Of a DNA stretch of 35,103 nt, positions 32,966-35,103 are shown piece by piece. Position 1 is the stretch's first letter. Every line of letters begins with the position of its first letter. Position numbers and translations under genes: made by a program. A model generated the notes under the pieces. It was not told the origin of the DNA. It saw only the letters and a list, made by a program, of their open reading frames with translations, and did not search any database. This stretch comes from Anaerolineales bacterium (GTDB taxonomy: Bacteria > Chloroflexota > Anaerolineae > Anaerolineales > DRMV01), in NCBI GenBank assembly GCA_026985785.1, contig JALSPT010000163.1, positions 1 to 35,103 of the forward strand, in the 5' to 3' direction.

Positions 32966-34096
32966 TCAAAAGACGTGCACCGCCGAGGCTTTGAAACCGG
33001 CGGTCACCGGGTCACTGGGGCGTAAGGCAAGGGTCTCCAGGGCGGGGGCGGTAATGGCCGCGACCAGGGGCAGCGGTTTTTCGCCGGAGCGTGGCACCTC
33101 CACGGTGACATATACCAACGCCCCGCGCGGTTCGATGGCCGTCACTCGCCCCTGAAACACATTCCGCAAACTGCTTTCCTGGGGATGGCGGCTGAGCACG
33201 ATGTCTTCCGGGCGCACGGCGAGGTGCACTTTACCCTTTGCGTGACCCGCCGCGATGATCGTCAGCCCGCCGACAGCCAGGCGGGTGATGCCTTTCCCGG
33301 CGGGGCTGGCCTGGGCGGCAAACAGGTTGCGTACCCCGACGAATTCGGCGACGAACGGCGTGGCCGGACGGCGGAAGATTGCTTCCGGCGTGCCCACTTG
33401 CTCGATGCGTCCGGCGTGCACTACGGCGATGCGGTCGGCCAGGGCGACGGCTTCTTCGAAATCGTGGGTGACGTGCAACACGGTGGTGCTCAAGGCGCGG
33501 TGGATGCGCCGCAGTTCTCCCCGCAGGGCTTCGCGGCGCTGGGGGTCGAGGGCGCTGAGCGGCTCGTCCAGCAGCAACACCCGTGGCTGCACCACCAGCG
33601 CCCGCGCCAAGGCCACCCGCTGGCGCTCGCCGCCGCTGAGATGGCGCGGATGGCGGTCGGCCAAATGACCAATGTGCAGCAGGTCGAGGGCATCGGTTAC
33701 GGCCTGGGCACGCGCCAGGCGGCGCAAGCGGCGCCTGGCCAGCCAGGGCAGCGCCCGCTCCCAGGCCGTGGCCTGCCGCAGCGCAAGCCCAAAAGCGACG
33801 TTCTCGGCCACCGTGCGGTGGGGGAAAAGGACGTAATCCTGGTACACGAAGCCGATGCCGCGCTGCTCAGGAGGGCGCGCGGTGATGTCCTCCCCATCCA
33901 GCCACAGCCTGCCGCCCTCGGGGCGGTGCAGGCCGGCGATGGTTTCCAGCAGCACGGTTTTGCCTGCCCCGGTGGGGCCCAGCAAGACGAAATATTGGCC
34001 GTCTTCGACCTCCAGGCTGAGGTCGGCCACCTGAAACGCCCCCAGCCGCAGGCGCAGGTGTTCGATGCGGAGATGGCCGCCTTCAGGCTTCTGCAT
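32966..34096 (-). CDS. ABC transporter ATP-binding protein with a C-terminal TOBE-like domain (ModC/WtpC-like)
   Basis: Walker A GPTGAGKT, signature LSGGERQRVALARAL and Walker B LLLDEP, followed by a C-terminal beta-rich extension. Confidence 0.85.
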   Translation of the reverse strand: MQKPEGGHLRIEHLRLRLGAFQVADLSLEVEDGQYFVLLGPTGAGKTVLLETIAGLHRPEGGRLWLDGEDITARPPEQRGIGFVYQDYVLFPHRTVAENVAFGLALRQATAWERALPWLARRRLRRLARAQAVTDALDLLHIGHLADRHPRHLSGGERQRVALARALVVQPRVLLLDEPLSALDPQRREALRGELRRIHRALSTTVLHVTHDFEEAVALADRIAVVHAGRIEQVGTPEAIFRRPATPFVAEFVGVRNLFAAQASPAGKGITRLAVGGLTIIAAGHAKGKVHLAVRPEDIVLSRHPQESSLRNVFQGRVTAIEPRGALVYVTVEVPRSGEKPLPLVAAITAPALETLALRPSDPVTAGFKASAVHVF

Positions 34097-34865
34097 CGCG
34101 CCCCACCCAGCGAAGGAAGAGAAACACCAGCAGCGAAATCAGGATGACCAGCGTGGCTACCGGTCGGGCGTAATCCAACCCATAGGATTCGAAACGCTCG
34201 AAGATCAGCACCGGCGCGACCATCGGGTGATAGGCCAGGATGACCACCGCGCCGAATTCGCTCAGGCCGCGCGCCCACATCATGATGACGCCCGAGAGGA
34301 TGCTGCGCCAGGCCAGGGGAAAGGTGACCTGCCAAAAGGCCTGCCAGGGCGAAGCGCCGAGGGTGCGGGCGACGTGCTCCAGGCGGGGATCCACGCTGCG
34401 GAAGCCGTCACGGGCGGCGTTGACCAGGAACGACAACCCCACGAACAACATCGCGATCACGATGCCCGGCGTGGCCGAAACGAAACGGATGCCGAGAGCG
34501 GCAAAGGCTTTGCCCACCGCCGCCTGGCGGCCAAAAACCATCAGCAAGGCAATACCGGCTGCCGAGTGGGGCACCACGACGGGGATGTCCACGATGGCTT
34601 CGACCAGCGCCTTGCCGGGGAAGGCGGCTCGCGCCAGCAGGTAGGCCAGCGGCACGCCGAGTACCAGCGCCAGCAAAGTGGCTGCCGCCGAAGCGCCAAA
34701 GGTCAGGCCGATGGCATGGGCTACTTCTGGCTCTCCCAGCGTGTGCCACAGCGCCGCTGGCGTCACAGCCGTAATCGTACGCAGCAGCGGCCAGGCCACG
34801 AACCAAATCAACACCGCGCCCAGCAGGGCAAAAGGGAGAAAAAGGCGATTGCGCATCATGCTCAT
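34083..34865 (-). CDS. ABC transporter permease (ModB/WtpB-like molybdate/tungstate family)
   Basis: 260 aa and polytopic, with an EAA-like loop ARTLGASPWQAFWQVTFPL, plus PHSAAGIALL and ILAYHPMVAPVLIFERFESYGL. It overlaps the ATPase gene by 14 nt. Confidence 0.8.
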   Translation of the reverse strand: MSMMRNRLFLPFALLGAVLIWFVAWPLLRTITAVTPAALWHTLGEPEVAHAIGLTFGASAAATLLALVLGVPLAYLLARAAFPGKALVEAIVDIPVVVPHSAAGIALLMVFGRQAAVGKAFAALGIRFVSATPGIVIAMLFVGLSFLVNAARDGFRSVDPRLEHVARTLGASPWQAFWQVTFPLAWRSILSGVIMMWARGLSEFGAVVILAYHPMVAPVLIFERFESYGLDYARPVATLVILISLLVFLFLRWVGRDAEA

Positions 34866-34984
34866 GAGCCTATCTTTTCGGGACGTAAGTAGCCTTGGGA
34901 AACAGCACCGTCGTACTGCCCTTTGCCCGCTGTTTCTCTAAAAGGGATGTCATGGAAGGGTTTTTCTGGGGAGAAAACGCCCAT
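34862..34984 (-). CDS. possible 40-aa ORF coupled to the permease gene
   Basis: MGVFSPEKPFHDIPFRETAGKGQYDGAVSQGYLRPEKIGS. Its ATG overlaps the upstream TAA (TAATG) and its TGA overlaps the permease ATG (ATGA). I recognised no family and see no clear RBS. Confidence 0.2.
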   Translation of the reverse strand: MGVFSPEKPFHDIPFRETAGKGQYDGAVSQGYLRPEKIGS

Positions 34985-35103
34985 TACCTCCCCTGCTTTG
35001 CCTCGGCTTGCACTTCTTCCCACAGACTTTCGAATTTCGATCGGGTTGCTGTTCCCAAGGCGGCGTCAAACTCCTCCAGCCATTGCCGAATGTCTTCGGC
35101 ATC
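34984..35103 (-). CDS. C-terminal fragment of an unknown ORF (continues right of the window)
   Basis: An open frame to the window edge reads DAEDIRQWLEEFDAALGTATRSKFESLWEEVQAEAKQGR-stop. It is helical and charged, with no family recognised. Confidence 0.3.
   Translation of the reverse strand, partial: DAEDIRQWLEEFDAALGTATRSKFESLWEEVQAEAKQGR

Overview
High-GC bacterial chromosomal window. Single 60-nt lines I counted range from about 48% to 72% GC. Gene content and synteny suggest a Chloroflexota-like monoderm, which is a low-confidence inference.

Gene layout, left to right:
- 1-2581: glgC (partial), a DUF3800 gene wedged in, then glgA, all on the minus strand.
- 2631-9702: a TetR-headed menaquinone operon on the minus strand, in the order tetR-menF-menD-menB-menE-menA.
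- 9954-10670: a divergent membrane protein.
- 10688-14671: a minus-strand operon, asp23-fakA(yloV)-degV-membrane protein-NUDIX.
- 15092-17066: rpmB, rpe and a Ser/Thr kinase. The order is the same as I recall for the Bacillus prkC-rpe-rpmB-yloU-yloV neighbourhood.
- 17502-18901: a DUF4388/wHTH protein plus a small MglA/CvnD-like GTPase.
- 19075-32927: nine plus-strand genes with near-zero spacing: alpha/beta hydrolase, hypothetical, LbH protein, acyl-ACP-reductase-like enzyme, REC with a degenerate GGDEF, a 2347-aa sensor kinase with about ten GAF modules, CheY, a Ser-less alpha/beta-hydrolase paralog and an esterase lipoprotein.
- 32966-34865: a ModBC/WtpBC-like ABC pair on the minus strand.

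The most unusual content is non-genic:
- A family of GATC-bounded G/C-tract palindromic elements. One 90-bp copy sits in frame inside menD. Two copies of about 200 bp, with terminal inverted repeats and 9-bp direct repeats, lie in inverted orientation around rpmB-rpe-kinase.
- A tandem array of about 16 heptanucleotide units translated in frame inside menE.
- A consensus-grade promoter plus intrinsic terminator that define an orphan transcript of about 115 nt next to the DUF3800 gene.

I saw no rRNA, tRNA, CRISPR array, transposase or integrase. All calls come from reading the sequence and the ORF track; no database search was run.
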